From assembly GCF_009914755.1 (NCBI RefSeq), contig NC_060926.1: a DNA stretch of 64,000 nt; one strand, given 5' to 3'. The notes beneath the pieces were generated by a model. It had not been told where the DNA came from. It saw nothing but the letters and a program-made list of their open reading frames with translations, and ran no database searches. The translations under genes and the position numbers were made by a program. Source of the stretch: the human T2T-CHM13v2.0 reference genome, Homo sapiens. This document shows, in pieces, positions 1 through 17,094 of the stretch (its first letter is position 1; every line of letters begins with the position of its first letter).

Positions 1-214
1 GTTTTAAGTGATTCTCCTGATTCTCCTGCCTCAACCTCCTGCATAGCTGGGACTACAGGCACCTGCCATCACGCCCACCTAATTTTTGTATTTTTAGTAG
101 GGACGGGGTTTCACCATATTGGCCAGGCTGGTCTCAAACTCCTGGCCTCGTGATCGGCCTGCCTTGGCCTCTCAAACTGCTGGGATTACAGGTGTGAGCC
201 ACTGTGCCCAGCCT
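1..214 (-). mobile_element. Alu (partial, runs off window start)
   Basis: Antisense Alu consensus ending gtgagccactgtgcccagcc. Confidence 0.9.
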
Positions 215-447
215 AAAATTTTATCTTATTGATGAGAATCAAAAGCATAAGATTTTAATCTTGGTGCAAACTTTTTAAAAATCTTTTAAAAAATTACAAA
301 ATATTTTTATTTTTTATATTTATTTGAATCTAAGGGTTTATTATGTCATAATTAGAAAAATACAGTATAAAAATAAAATTAGAATTTTATATATATTTTT
401 AGGTACTCCAAAAGTGCTTTATAAGTTAATAATTACATATGATCTTG

Positions 448-607
448 ACCAGGCACAGTGGCTCATGGCTGCAATCCCAACACTTTGGGAGGCTGAGGTG
501 GGAGGATCACTTGAGGTCCAGAGTTTGAGACTAGCCTGGACAACATAGCAAGACCCCATATCTACAAAAAAATTAAAAAATTAGAAAATTAAAAATAAAA
601 AAGAATA
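448..607 (+). mobile_element. Alu monomer (FLAM-like)
   Basis: Left-monomer consensus with A-rich tail; atatgatct repeated on both flanks. Confidence 0.85.
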
Positions 608-937
608 AATATGATCTCTAGGATAAACAAATCTCTATTCACAGGACAAGTCAAATTCTCAATTTGGGGCCTCAGAGACCAAACTTCTATTAAGTAATTA
701 CTTTCCTCGAGGCTTACTTTATTATATGAGATCATTGTGTTCAGCCTCAGATGGTGATGGAACTCCTGTCATACTTATATCCTCTTAGAAGGGAGTAAGA
801 AATTCCCCCAATGTGTGATACTGCTTTGAGCCTCTGGCCTTCATGCATGAGGTTTCTTAAGGCTGAACTGCCTTTCCCCACTTGTTTGCCAAACTATCTT
901 TACTTAATCCTCAAGACTTAACTCAAACATCAACTCT

Positions 938-1750
<813 letters not shown>

Positions 1751-2245
1751 GTTCCGAGTCTGATTTCCGAGCTCCTACTCTCAGTCTTAAAATTTATCAC
1801 TTGTTTGCCTTCTCAGTTTCTATCTTGGGATTCTGAACTCCTTTAGAGATTAAAAAAAGTTCCTTATTTATCCTTCAGTACCTAACACATCCATGCTTGA
1901 TGCATGATTTTTAAATAAGAGATAAAGGCCAAAGATGCAGCCAAAACTGTGGACAAAGAGTTAGAAGGTAAGGAAGATAGTTTTGGATTTGGATCAAGGC
2001 CTATGCTTTTGGAAGGTAAAGCATGTGAGGAAAAGGGGAAAAATACTATGAATTAGGAAAGATTTTATTTATTTTTTAAGTCAAGAATAGATTTGCATGG
2101 TCACAATCTAAAATTAGCGTCAGATAAAGGAATCTGGCTGTTTAAACGCAGTTGTGTATAATTCAAAATGGTGGGAGGCTTGCCGCGAGACCAATGCAGT
2201 GCTGGGGAGATGCCAGCACTCATGTGCTCCTCACTGGCATTTTAG

Positions 2246-2411
2246 GACTTGGAGAGCTGCAGACTTCGTTTGGATCCCGAGTTGGACCGGCACAGATATG
2301 AGAGGAAGATCAGCTTTGCTGGGGTCCTGGACGAAAATGAAGACTCAAAAGATTCTCTCCACAGCAGCAGCCACACTCTCAAATCAGATGCAGGAGTCGA
2401 GGAGAAGAAAG
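2246..2411 (+). CDS. UNC80: UNC80 exon (DLESCRLRL...DAGVEEKK), 166 nt, phase 0->1
   Basis: ggcattttag|GAC acceptor; AAAG|gtatgg donor; frame matches ORF 2249. Confidence 0.93.
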
Positions 2412-2725
2412 GTATGGAAACACAAAGGTTCCTTCATGTTTCAGGGTTTCTTGTTTCTCATAGGATATTTGCACTAGGGTCTAAACTACAAAATTGTGTA
2501 CCCAAATTGTTGACTTCCTACAATACTGACTGTGTAGGCTTTATGATGGAAAATCATGCTTGTTAGAAGTTGGTCTCTGCAGTCAGAGAGGCCTGGCTTC
2601 CAATTCCAGCTCAGAAACTCTCCATATTCCATTACAGCTATAAGATGAACCATTATTTGATTTACCAATAAGGAAAGAAAAATACTCCCAATTGAACTTT
2701 TACATAATGCTCTCTTATCACTTAG

Positions 2726-2956
<231 letters not shown>

Positions 2957-3640
2957 TAATATGCTTTTATTAAAATGTAAAACATAATAAAATGAGAAAA
3001 AATAATATTATGTTTCTCAATTATCTTAACATCAATGGCATCTATTCGCACGAAATTCTTGGGGACCATTACTTAATGTGAAACTAATTTGGTAAATAGA
3101 ATCTCGTTTTAAAAACTACACCTCTGCTAAACACTTGTAGGGCTAATCTCATCAATTAATAAAGCACTAGGCTTATTTAATCATTTTTGTGAAACTATGA
3201 AGACAGAAAGAACAGCTACAGTCTTTCTGCATTGCTAAATGCACATTAAACAAGTTCCCTAACCATGGAATAGACCAGATATTAACCAGATATGAAGTTT
3301 TTATATTTGATTTTTTAAATGGGAGACTACTTTATGAGTCTTCAAGTAATATACTCAGCCTACAGGTTGCTTGTAATTTTTTCAATAGATAAGAATGACC
3401 TAGAAAAGTTATTTATGGAACCATGTTATTTAAGAAAGATAAAAGTGTTACAGCGTTTACAGAATTTCTTTTGGCCTGGCTAAGGATGTTTTCTAGACAG
3501 TGGTATTTTAAAAATAGTTCAGTATTTTCCATCTGTACATATCATTTCCATTATAATTAACTTAAATTCACCCACTTGTATGCACATACACACCTTGGCC
3601 TAATTTGGTCATTCATGTTTCTGTCCCTCTGTCCCTAGGT

Positions 3641-4026
3641 CTTTTTATTTTTATTTTTTATACTTTAAGCTCTGGGATACATGTGCAGAACGTGCATGTT
3701 TGTTACATAGGTATAGACGTGCTGTGGTGGTTTGCTGCACCCATCAACCTGTCATCTACATTAGGTGTTTCTCCTAATGCAATCACTCCCATAGCCCGCC
3801 ACCCACGGACAGGCCCCGGTGAGTGATGTTCCCCTCCCTATGTTCATGTTTCTCATTGCTCAACTCCCACTTATGAGTGAGAACATGCAGTGTTTGTTTT
3901 CTGTTCCTGTGTTAGTTTGCTGAGAATGATGGTTTCCAGCTTCATCCATGTCCCTGCAAAGGACATGAACTCATCCTTTTTTATAGCTGCATAGTATTCC
4001 ATGGTGTATATGTGCCACATTTTCTT
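3641..4026 (-). mobile_element. 5'-truncated L1PA (PA6/7-like) 3' end
   Basis: tatactttaagctctgggatacatgtgcagaacgtg... is the antisense L1PA 3' UTR. Confidence 0.9.
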
Positions 4027-4148
4027 AATTTTTGTATTGTTAGTAGAGATGAGGTTTCACCACTTTAGCAAGGCTGGTCTCAAACTCCTGACCTCAGGTG
4101 ATCCACCTGCCTCGGCCTCCCAACAGGTGTGAGCCAACGTGCCCAGCT
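4026..4148 (-). mobile_element. AluS left monomer (5' half of the split Alu)
   Basis: Resumes at taatttttgtatt...agtagagat and ends gtgcccagct. Confidence 0.88.
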
Positions 4149-7100
4149 ACTTGTCTTTTATTCTTATTGAAAAAGGACATTCAGACCTAATTAGAAGTAG
4201 TTTACTATTATTATTATTATATATCATTCTTGTGCAATCCTATATGTATATATATAAATAAAATTAACTGGTTAAGGTTTTTGTAAACTATCTTCAACTC
4301 AGAGTTTAAATGTCTTAATTACTTTTCAACTCACAGTTATCTAATATGTCTATGTTTCTATGTGTGATAATGTCCTCTGTGGCATCACAATGTTAGTGAT
4401 GCATCATTTCTTAAATGGATTCATAAAAAAAGTAAAGTTTTTTGTGCTAATTACTTAAGCCAACTTGCACCCATATGAAGTTAGCCCACCTTTAGTCCCT
4501 CTTCAGCAATGTTGCTAAACACATCTGACTTACCCACCTCACCCACCCACCTACCCCTCACTATCACTTGATTCCTTAGGGTTAAAAGATCTTGTCACTC
4601 ATTCTGTTTAACTTTTTGCTGGTGCTTTACATTTTCACACAGACAAGCAATAACAAAGGTGTCACAACTGCTACCTGGTGCAAGTGATCATAAGATGTCA
4701 TCTCTTGCATGACAAATACCAATTTCCAGATATGTTAAAATGTGAACAAGTTGTGCATCTTAAAATGGGTGATATATAGTAACTCACTATGTGGCCTTGT
4801 CCAAGTTATTTACCTTCTAAGCCACAGTTCCCTTTTCTGTAAAACTGGGTTAACACCTACTGCATTGCGATGTTGAAAACTTTTAATAAGACAATGCAAG
4901 TGAAGTGTAAACTTAATACCTGGTGAATTGTAGGTACACAATAAATAGCTATTGTTGTTGGGTTTTTAAATATACATAATAAGCATCTAGATTAGAATCC
5001 ACATAGAAAATCCTAATTATGAACTAAAGATTGCAAAGTTTTAAGTTGCCCTCTAGAGCCTCCTTTAAACTGCCAACTTCACTATTTGATTTTGCCATTT
5101 TAAAAATTCCATTACCTTTCCATGTTTTTCCAATGAATTTCAATTAAAAGAACATCTGCACATTTGCTAGAAGAGTCAAAAATGATTTTATGTGTTGAAG
5201 TATTTTCTAGCATCCTATAGACAATGACTCAATAAATTTTGGATAACAACAAATGAACGATTCTTAGAAGGAATAGCCCTGTATAGAGAAAACACACAAT
5301 ATTTAAAAGGGAATAGATATACATTGGGAAAAGTTTGAATAGTTCAAGATCAAAACGTTTTCACAACATTTTTAAAATACAGATAATCATATATCATATT
5401 CTATTGAATTTATGGCCAAAAGAGGCCATGTTGCAGGAAGGATAAGTCAAGTCTTGAGCAATTTTTGAATATGAAGAAGTATCAAATGAATATTTTTTTC
5501 AAATATTACTTACTTCAGACAATTATACTGCATATGATGAGAAGCTTCCCTCTTTTAAACATATCCCAAAGAGATTTTAATTTAGAAGGCAGTCTTTTCT
5601 TTCCTTATTCAAAGTTATTATGCTAATTATATTTAAGATAGTAGATAATTCCTAATATTACACAATTAAACTTCAGCAGAGTAAAATTTACACCATTTTA
5701 TAAAATAAAATATCTGATTAATTTTAAGAACTTTAATTTGATGTGATTATTATTTATGTAAATTGGCTTTAATATTTCAACACTCAAATGCTGAATATTT
5801 TTTCTACACACAGAATGGTTATGTTAACATATGAAAGTTGTTTAATAAACAATGGAAAACTGCAGTTATAAGTTAAATGAGAATATATCCATAAAATGTC
5901 CTTAATCAGTTGACGAAAATCTTCCCAAAGATTCCTAAATATTCCTTAATCCATTTGACAAGCTGTCAGCTACTAAAGCCAATATGAAAATGAAGACAAT
6001 AGAGACACTGCTAATTACAGTTTTTAAAATTTTATACCATTTGGTTTTGTAAAACCTTAAGATGCCAGTTCTTGAAATAAACACGCTGAGGACAATTCAG
6101 ATTCTACCAGGAAAAATTCAAGTGAAATAATCATTTAGAATAGTAGGAGATGGGTTGGAAATGTATGCAAAGGGCAAACAGGGTCTGGTAGATGTGGTTA
6201 GAAATTTAATTTTGTTTTAAGTGCATTAGAGTTGTTGGTAGGTTTTACCAGAAATGTGATATAAGGTGTGTATTTATGATTTATGCATTTAAAAGATGAC
6301 TTAATCTATGGGAGTAGAGGGAAAGGTGAAGCAGTTATGCAGTTACATTAGTCCAGGGAAAAGGGGATGGAGCTGTCAAAATCCTATGATATTTTGAAAT
6401 GTACAGCCAGCAGGACTTGCTAATTGATACAAAGTGAGGTGAAAGAAAAGGCCAAAGATGTTTTATCCAATTTAGATGGATTTGTTTCACTTTTGTACTA
6501 GTTCTTGTTGTCATGGAGATAAAGGCTAAAATTCAGTGCTGCACAATCTCAACTGATGTTTTTCATGTACAATACCAAATATAAATTCTAACTGCTGTGC
6601 TCCTTGTAAATAACCAGTGCCATAATTCTGAACTGTAATTTTTCAGTGCTATAGGATATCTCCAACTATCCTTTTTGGTGGAACAAGCTCTCAAAATTAA
6701 ATTTCTTTCTGATTACATTAATTTGAGTTTATTTTGCTGCATCTGTAGGCCAAAAAGTGTCATAAAATTGGGCAAAGAATATTAGCGTGTGCCTCTGTAA
6801 AAATCTAAGAATTATCTGTTTAATATTTTCTGTGCTTCCGAATCTACTTAGACATGAAATTGCACTCGTAGTCATTACAAAATTTTAATTATTTTCTGTT
6901 TCAAACATATTTCAGATAGGTGATAAAGTCTTAATTAAACATAAAAATAATATTGAAAAGTATAGTGTGTGAGTTTTGTGCTATAATTAAAATGCAGCTT
7001 TATGGTTCATAGCCTTTGTGGGATTTGTCTAACTGTGCTGCAAGAAATTCCATCCAGATGTGAAATTCTACTCAGATGTGTTCAGGGAGCTCCATGGGGC

Positions 7101-8313
7101 CTTTACCAGCTGCATGGTGATAATTTTAATCTTTCTCCATCACAACAGTAAATCAGAACTTTCACATTATTCAGCAGGAATTCTTCTGACCTCCTTTAAA
7201 TGGCATTAAAAGTATACATTTAGCTAATGTTTTCGTTATACAAGTTCTATCACAGTCACATTAACTCTCTCATGAATGAGAAACCTGAAACTAACATGCA
7301 AACTTTCTGATTGGGAATTTTAAAATATTAATAACTGTGCCTTAAATAATTAGTAAGAAATCTTGTTCATGTCTTAAGAAGGTAAGCTTATAAAATTGGC
7401 CCCTTCCTGGTAATGGACTTTAAACCCTGAAAACTTACTTTATCCCACCTTTATAAAATCAGTGTGTGAAAACACCAAATCTTGAAAAGGAAGGAGGTGT
7501 GTATGTGACTATGGAAAATAAGGATGCTGTTGATTTAAAGAAAGATAGGTTCAAGTTTAAATGCATTTCTTTTACCCGTTTATTTTCCTCACTGATTACT
7601 ATTTCTTCCAGAACACTAAAGATGAATAATGCATATTCTTCTTGGTATGCATAGACTGTTTTAAGTTTGGCTCGGGGGGGTTGCACCATTTGGAATCACA
7701 TCTCACCCAGCCTTTTGACTGAGAGGAGGATAGTATGAAGTCATTAAGTGCATTGAAAATGGAGCCATTTCACACTCATGCTCACCCAAAGCACCCCAGT
7801 GAAGACAGATTGTTTAGTGCCTTTTCTGAGGAGCAGAGTGGAAGCCACTGCTGACTATTGGAGAGAGAAGCACCTTTGGTTCTTATTTCTGAATGAGGTA
7901 TTCCAAAATGAAGGGGTTTACGTGACAGCTTACAGAAGTCTGTAAGTCCCATTTCGAAAGGAAAGCAAAAACAAATGGTTTGTGGTTCTCTTGAATCAAG
8001 GAATCCCATGATAAAAGTGTACTAATAGTCCTAGTTGATGCTGCCCCAAAAGCACACTCATGCTAGTGAAACCTGGGCCAGAAAGAGAGCAGGTTGTTCC
8101 CAGTTCCGATGAGCTTTGTGTCCAAGAAATAAGCTGCACCAGCCCTTCCTGGTGGTTCCTGCAGGACTGGGGGCTTGGGAGAAGCTCCTTGTCCAGAGTG
8201 CTCATCCAGGCCAGCAGAGGAGGCTGATCAGGGACAAGTTGGGGAGAGATGGATATAACACTGGCTGGGGAACACTAGGGGGGAAAAAGCCCTATTTTAT
8301 TCTTTTAATACAG

Positions 8314-8517
8314 TTCCCAGCAGGAAGATCAGGATAGGAGGTTCTCGCCTGCTCCAGATTAAAGGAACCCGCAGTTTCCAGGTGAAGAAGGGGGGTTCCT
8401 TGTCCAGCATTCGCCGGGTCGGCAGCTTAAAGAGCAGCAAGTTATCACGGCAGGACTCAGAGTCTGAGGCTGAGGAGCTGCAGCTGTCCCAGAGCAGGGA
8501 CACTGTCACTGACCTAG
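8314..8517 (+). CDS. UNC80: UNC80 cassette exon (VPSRKIRIGG...RDTVTDL), 204 nt, phase 1->1
   Basis: ttcttttaatacag|TT acceptor; CTAG|gtaaca donor; 68 open codons, symmetric phase; missed by the ORF track. Confidence 0.88.
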
Positions 8518-8682
8518 GTAACATAGAGGAGTGGGGTGTGCAGGGACGTGGGGGGTAGGAAGACAGGGCCCAAGTCCCAAAAGAGCTGAAGTCCATTTTC
8601 TTACACATAAATAGATGGAGGGCAGAGCCATAGGATAGACAACCTGTTCAGCCTGAAAACCATACTACCCTTGGTAGAGCAA

Positions 8683-8846
8683 GGCAGCTCAAGCCTTGAT
8701 GTGCATATGGGTCACTGGAGAGGCTTGTTAAAATGCAGATTCTGATTCAGCAGATCTGGGGTGGGGATCTGAGATTCTACATGTTTAACAAGCTTTCTGG
8801 TGGAGCCGATGCTGCTGATTTCAAGGACGACACTTTGAGCAGCAAG
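8683..8846. mobile_element. MER5A-like hAT DNA transposon
   Basis: cttgttaaaatgcagattctgattcag...tttaacaagct...gatgctgctg...cactttgag. Confidence 0.75.
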
Positions 8847-10463
8847 GATGTGGAGTATTCATTAGGGAAAGAAAACACTTTAATGAAAAGGACAGTCTTT
8901 GAAATTCCGATGCTTGTGTATTCATTCTTTTGATCAGAACATTCAATGTCAAATGTAATTCCCTTGGGGAGGACTACCTAAAGATTCTCTATATTTTAAA
9001 GTCTCTATTTACCAGTATGAACAACCAAAATCTCAGAGAGTAAAGATTGTCTAGACCTGACAATGAGTGATCTTCAACAAGTCATTTAGGTTCTCAGGGA
9101 TTTGTTTTCTCTGACTACACAGTGAGAATAATTCTTGCCTACAATGCAAGGATGCTCTAAAGATAAATTAGAAGATGACCATACAATGTGTTAAACACCT
9201 GAGAATGAAATCAGTGTACAGTCAAAGCATGAGAGTTATAGATTGTCATTGTAGGCTCTAAAGAGATTTCAAATACCAAAATATGGCAGTCCAAAATATG
9301 GGCCCTAATTAGTATCTTAATAGACAAGCAAAAGATTAAGTAGGCATGAAAGTAGAACTCACCAGCTGCCTAACATTAAATATTAGGTAAAAGTTGAAGC
9401 ACATTCACTTTGCCATTCAGTCTCTGTATGCAAGGCAAAATAGAAAGCTCTCCTTACTAGGTAAGTAGTTTCAAAAGTCAGCAAGAAGTGTGGATAAATT
9501 ATCGATCAAGTCTGCTGAAATAAAAGCTGAGTATATTTAATCAAAGAAGGTTTAAAATAGAAAATGCTTCTGTATCCACCCACCCTCGCCTTTGAAAATA
9601 GCTGATTTATGCATTACTTAAGATTCAGCTTATTTCTTAAGGAGACTTTTTTTTAAAGTATATATGACTTCTTTTTTTACAAGTCTGAAGCTAGAGCATT
9701 ATCATCAGTTAATTTGGGGAAAAATTATTGCAATTAATTATTTAAATTGATCGATTTATCCTGACCAATTGAGTCAAAATAGCCAGGTTGAAAACATTGT
9801 TTTGTCATTAAAAAGATCTATAAAAGATTTTAGATTTGAGGGGAAAGCTTTGTTGTGTAGTCTACCAAGTAGGGAATTCTTGAGAGATATTTCCTTTATA
9901 CTTTCACACAGAGAGGAGTTTGGACACAAGGGCTGTCCACAGTTGGACATAATTGCTTCCAAATTTCCTTAGGTTTTCAGAGGTACCTGCCCATCTTTGA
10001 AATAGCTCTGGTAGCAAAGCCTGGTGGCTAGAGCAATAGCACTAGCTGCAGTCACAGAACAGTGGAGGCAGCAGTCACTGTGAGGCAGGTTAGTTGCTGT
10101 CCCTCCTTAAATACACCTGCAAGGTCTGGTCAGTCTGGAATGGATTTGGGCGCACTCAATCAATAACTGGCTCATCTCAGCAATTCAAGGACTTGACTCT
10201 GTTTTTTTTTCTCTGCTCCCATCTCTCAAAATGGAAGCCACCATAACAGAGATCATAAATGTCTTTGAAATTGCCAGTTCAGCTGGTGGTGAAGGGGACA
10301 GCTCCTGTTAATATTCCTCCAACAAAGTCAATGCTATGCCCTGTAACCCACTGGGCCATGGTAGTCTGCCCTAGGATTCAGAAGCATGGACAACTGTACC
10401 ATACCAACATGCTCTCCAGGGAGACCGAACACTGAAACCTTTCTTGGTATTTTTCTTTTGAAG

Positions 10464-10564
10464 AAGGGAGTCCTTGGAGTGCAAGCGAGCCCAGCATTGA
10501 GCCAGAGGGAATGAGTAATGCCGGCGCGGAGGAGAATTACCACAGAAACATGTCGTGGCTTCAT
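10464..10564 (+). CDS. UNC80: UNC80 exon (EGSPWSASEP...NMSWLH), 101 nt, phase 1->0
   Basis: ttttcttttgaag|AA acceptor; CAT|gtaagt donor. Confidence 0.93.
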
Positions 10565-11329
10565 GTAAGTAGGAATCTCAGAAACAGCCCTGAGATCAAT
10601 TTCTTTTGGCACTGGGGAAGATCCAAGGAGGGAGGACAAGAGATTATACTAAATCATCAATCCGATCTAGCCTCCAAGAGAAAGCAGGGGCTTATGTTTT
10701 ACCTGAATATCTCAACACTCTCTAGAATTGGTATTCTGCTGGATTGTACTCATCTTAAGCTTAACTAAGACCAAGTTTTTTTGGTTATGGCTGGCTTGCA
10801 GGTCACCATAAATCAGGGAAAATCATGAGGCCAGGTTGGTGGTCAAGATAACCTGAGTGACACAGCGTAGGTATCACCATCAGTTTTAAACAGGTTACTG
10901 CGAATTTTGAGAGCACGGTCATGGTGTTGCTCTTGGGTGTGTATTAGATCAAATTTTAAACTGGGGCAAGGACACTCTAAGATGGTGAATGTCGTATGTC
11001 CGAGGGTGAGCCAGAGGGCACAGGCAGGAGGTGATCCCAGGGAAACTCTGGGCACGGGGTGGAGTCCAAGACTTGAGCTGAGCATGAAGAAAGAAGTAAG
11101 GAGAAAGGTAAGGGAATGTAACCTCAGTTGTACAAGTGGCAGGGTATCCCCAGGACCATCACGGGGGTCACCATTCACCCTGATTTTAATCTGACTTCCT
11201 GGAAAAGTCAGATGAGCACTAGCTGGTGCATAATGGTCCTCGGATATATGGTGGCTCACCTTCACTATGGAAGCAGTCACCAGAACTGACTGATTTGAGA
11301 ATCTCTGAGGCAGCTGTTTTTTTAAGGTA

Positions 11330-13655
11330 AACTTTTTAGTGAACTCTAACCTACCCACTGAAAAGCATACTAAACCTATGTATACAGCTCAATACATTTT
11401 TATGAAGTAAATACACCTGTGTAACCACTGCCAGGTTGAGAAAACATTATCAACACCTAAGAAATCCTACGCAGGTCCTCTACCAGACGCTACTCTTCCC
11501 TGACGGTAACCACTGTTCTACCTTCTAACACCATAGATTCATTTTGTCTGTTTTTGAAATGCATGTAATTGGCATCATATACTACTACTCTGTTGTGTCT
11601 GGTTCCTTTTCCTCATATAAATGTAGGTCCTCCAATTTTGTTGTTCTTCTCCTTCACAATGGCCTGGTCTACTCTTGGCTAGACTCACATCCATTTAGAA
11701 TCACCCTGACGATTTTAATTAATTTAAAAAAAAACTTCCAAAGCAGCCTTGAGTGTAATACATAGATGAATTTAAATGAATCATATCTTTATGATATTGA
11801 ATCTTCCAATGTTTAAAATGGTCGCTCCACTAATGTCTGTTTCTCCATTTATTAGAGCTTCTTTAAATGTCTTTCAATAATGCCTTTTAGTTTTCTGTGT
11901 AGTGTTCCATAAATAAACACCTCTGCAAGCATTGTGTAAGAACAGTGCTATTTCTTCTTTAAATATTTGGAAGAAATCACTGGCCATGCCTTTTAAACCT
12001 AAAAATTTCTTTATGGGAGAGTTTTAAATTACAGATTCAGTTTATGTAATACAGCTAAGACCATTTAGATTTTATATTTCTTCTGGGAGTAATTCAGGTA
12101 AACTGATATTTTTTGCTAAGATTTTTTCATTTAATATCAATATTCAAATTTATCAGCAAAAAGATTGTTTATAATATTCTGTTAAGATCATTTTAAATTC
12201 TGTAGGATCTACAGTGATTTACATTTATTGTTTTTGATATTGGTGGATTGTCTTCTCTTCTTTTTTAAATAGTGTCTTTCTAAGAGTTTTTCAATTTTGT
12301 CTTTTAAAAGACCCAGAACCAGATTTTCATTTTGTCATTTTTAGAATGTTGAATTTTTGTTTTACTAATATTTTCTATTATCTTTATTACTTTCTTCTAC
12401 TTTTTTTGAGTTTAATTTGTTTTTGTTTTTTTCTTAACTTCTTGACACGGATACTCAGATGATTGATTTGCAACCACTTTGCTAACATGAATTTAAAGCT
12501 ATAAATATTATCTAGAAGCAGTTTTAGCTGCATCATGCAAGGTTGGATATATGTTCATATCATTCAGTTAAAATATTTTAAAATTTCCATTGTGATGTAT
12601 TCATAATTGATCACAGATTTTTTAAAAAAAATTATTTTTAATTTTTGGGGGTACATAGTGTGTATATTTGTGGGGTACATGAGGTGTTTTGATACAGGCA
12701 TGTAATATGAAATAATCACATCAAGAAGAATGGTGTATCCATCTCCTCAAGCATTTATCGTTTGTGTTACAGACAATCCAATTACATTCTTTTAGTTATT
12801 TTTAAATGTACAGTTATTATTGACTATAGTCACCCTATTGTGCTATCAAATAGTAAGTCTTACTCATTCTATTTTTTTGTATTCATTAACTTTCCCCACC
12901 TCTCCCTCAACCCCCTACTACCCTTGCCAGCCTCTGGTAACCATCTTTCTAACTCTCTATGTCCATGAGTTCAATTGTTTTGATTTTTAGATCATCCCAC
13001 AAATAAGTGAGAACATGTGATGTTTGTCTTTCTGTGGCTGGCTTATTTCACTTAACATAATGATCTCCAGTTCTATCCATGTTGTTGCAAATGACAGGAT
13101 CTCATTCTTCTTTATGGCTGAGTAGTACTCTATTGTGTATATGTACCACATTTTCTTTGTTCATTCGTCTGTTGATGGACATTTAGGTTGCTTCCAAATA
13201 TTAGTTATTGTGAACAGTGCCACAACAAACATGGGAGTGCAGATATCATGATCAAGTCCACAGCTGATAACTTCAATATATGAATCTATTTTCTTTACTC
13301 TTCTTGGTCCTGCTCCTAAAATGCCTTGTAATTATATTGACTAAACATGGTGTATAAAAAAAATTATAGAGGTGCAGTGGTAGATACATGTCATTATACA
13401 TTTGTTAAAATTCACAGAATGTACAAAGCAAAGCGTGGACCCTAATGTAAACTGTTGACTTTGGGTGATAATGGTGTGTCAATATAAGTTCATTGATTGT
13501 AATAAGTGTACCACTCTGAGGCAAGGTGTTGATAGTAGGAGAGGTTGTCATGTATGCAGACAGTGTATATGTGGGAATTATCTGTACTTTCTGCTCAATT
13601 GTAATGTGAAGCCAAAACTGCTCTAAAACATAAAGTTTATTAATTTAAAAAAAAG
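11330..13655. mobile_element. Cluster of old L1M fragments, including an antisense L1MA 3' end at about 12630-13250 and a sense L1M 3' end at about 13370-13655
   Basis: L1 3' UTR motifs (ataagtgagaacatg, ttatttcacttaacataatg, ccctaatgtaaact). Confidence 0.7.
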
Positions 13656-14324
13656 CACCGGGGCTCTAGTTGATGTTTTCTCTTTCCAGAGAGGATTCAC
13701 CCTGTCCTCTGGCAGACAACAAAGAAGCAGATCACCTCAGTCCAGTCAGGGACTATACTAGCTGGACTTGGACTATTTCTAGCCTGTCCTTCCACACCCT
13801 CTACACACACCTTTTAATATGAAGATGTCCAAGACTCCCAGTGAGAGTCTGGGGTATGTCACAGGGCCTCTCATTCTTGATGAGTCAGGAACTACAATTT
13901 GTGTTTCCCCATCACAATGAAATTTCCAAAGTCTCTACTCTGTTTGTCAGCTGGTCTTTGCTTCTCTTCTTAGCTACTCAATCAGCCAATGCCTAGAAGG
14001 GAAAACTGTCATCCAGTGTCAGTCGGACTTATTTGGACCTCATTTCTCTACAGGGACTAGACTATTCAGTTTCTCCCTTCTTTGGTAATTCCAAATTCTA
14101 ATTTTTACCTCCTAGCCCCCATGAGATTGCCTAAGGCTCTGCCTAGCTTCTTGGCCAGTTATGCCTAAGATGTAGCAAATGTCTCAAGGAGAAATGTGAT
14201 GTGTCCTCACATTGTCCTCACCTCAGCGAATATCCTTTCTCTCCACATCATACCCTTCATCCTGACTGCCTCACTGTCTTATGCATTCAAATATGTATAT
14301 TTATGTATCATGTCTGTGTGTATA

Positions 14325-17047
<2,723 letters not shown>

Positions 17048-17051
17048 TATA

Positions 17052-17054
<3 letters not shown>

Positions 17055-17092
<38 letters not shown>
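17055..17092. repeat. (TG)n microsatellite
   Basis: Read directly. Confidence 0.97.

Positions 17093-17093
<1 letters not shown>

Positions 17094-17094
<1 letters not shown>

Noticed and set aside
8297-8608. 103-aa minus-strand ORF
   Set aside because: Antisense shadow of the cassette exon.
10843-11358. 171-aa minus-strand ORF and the overlapping 95-aa plus ORF
   Set aside because: No recognisable protein features. The candidate cryptic exon 10894-11095 is 202 nt and has an in-frame stop, so this is probably chance.
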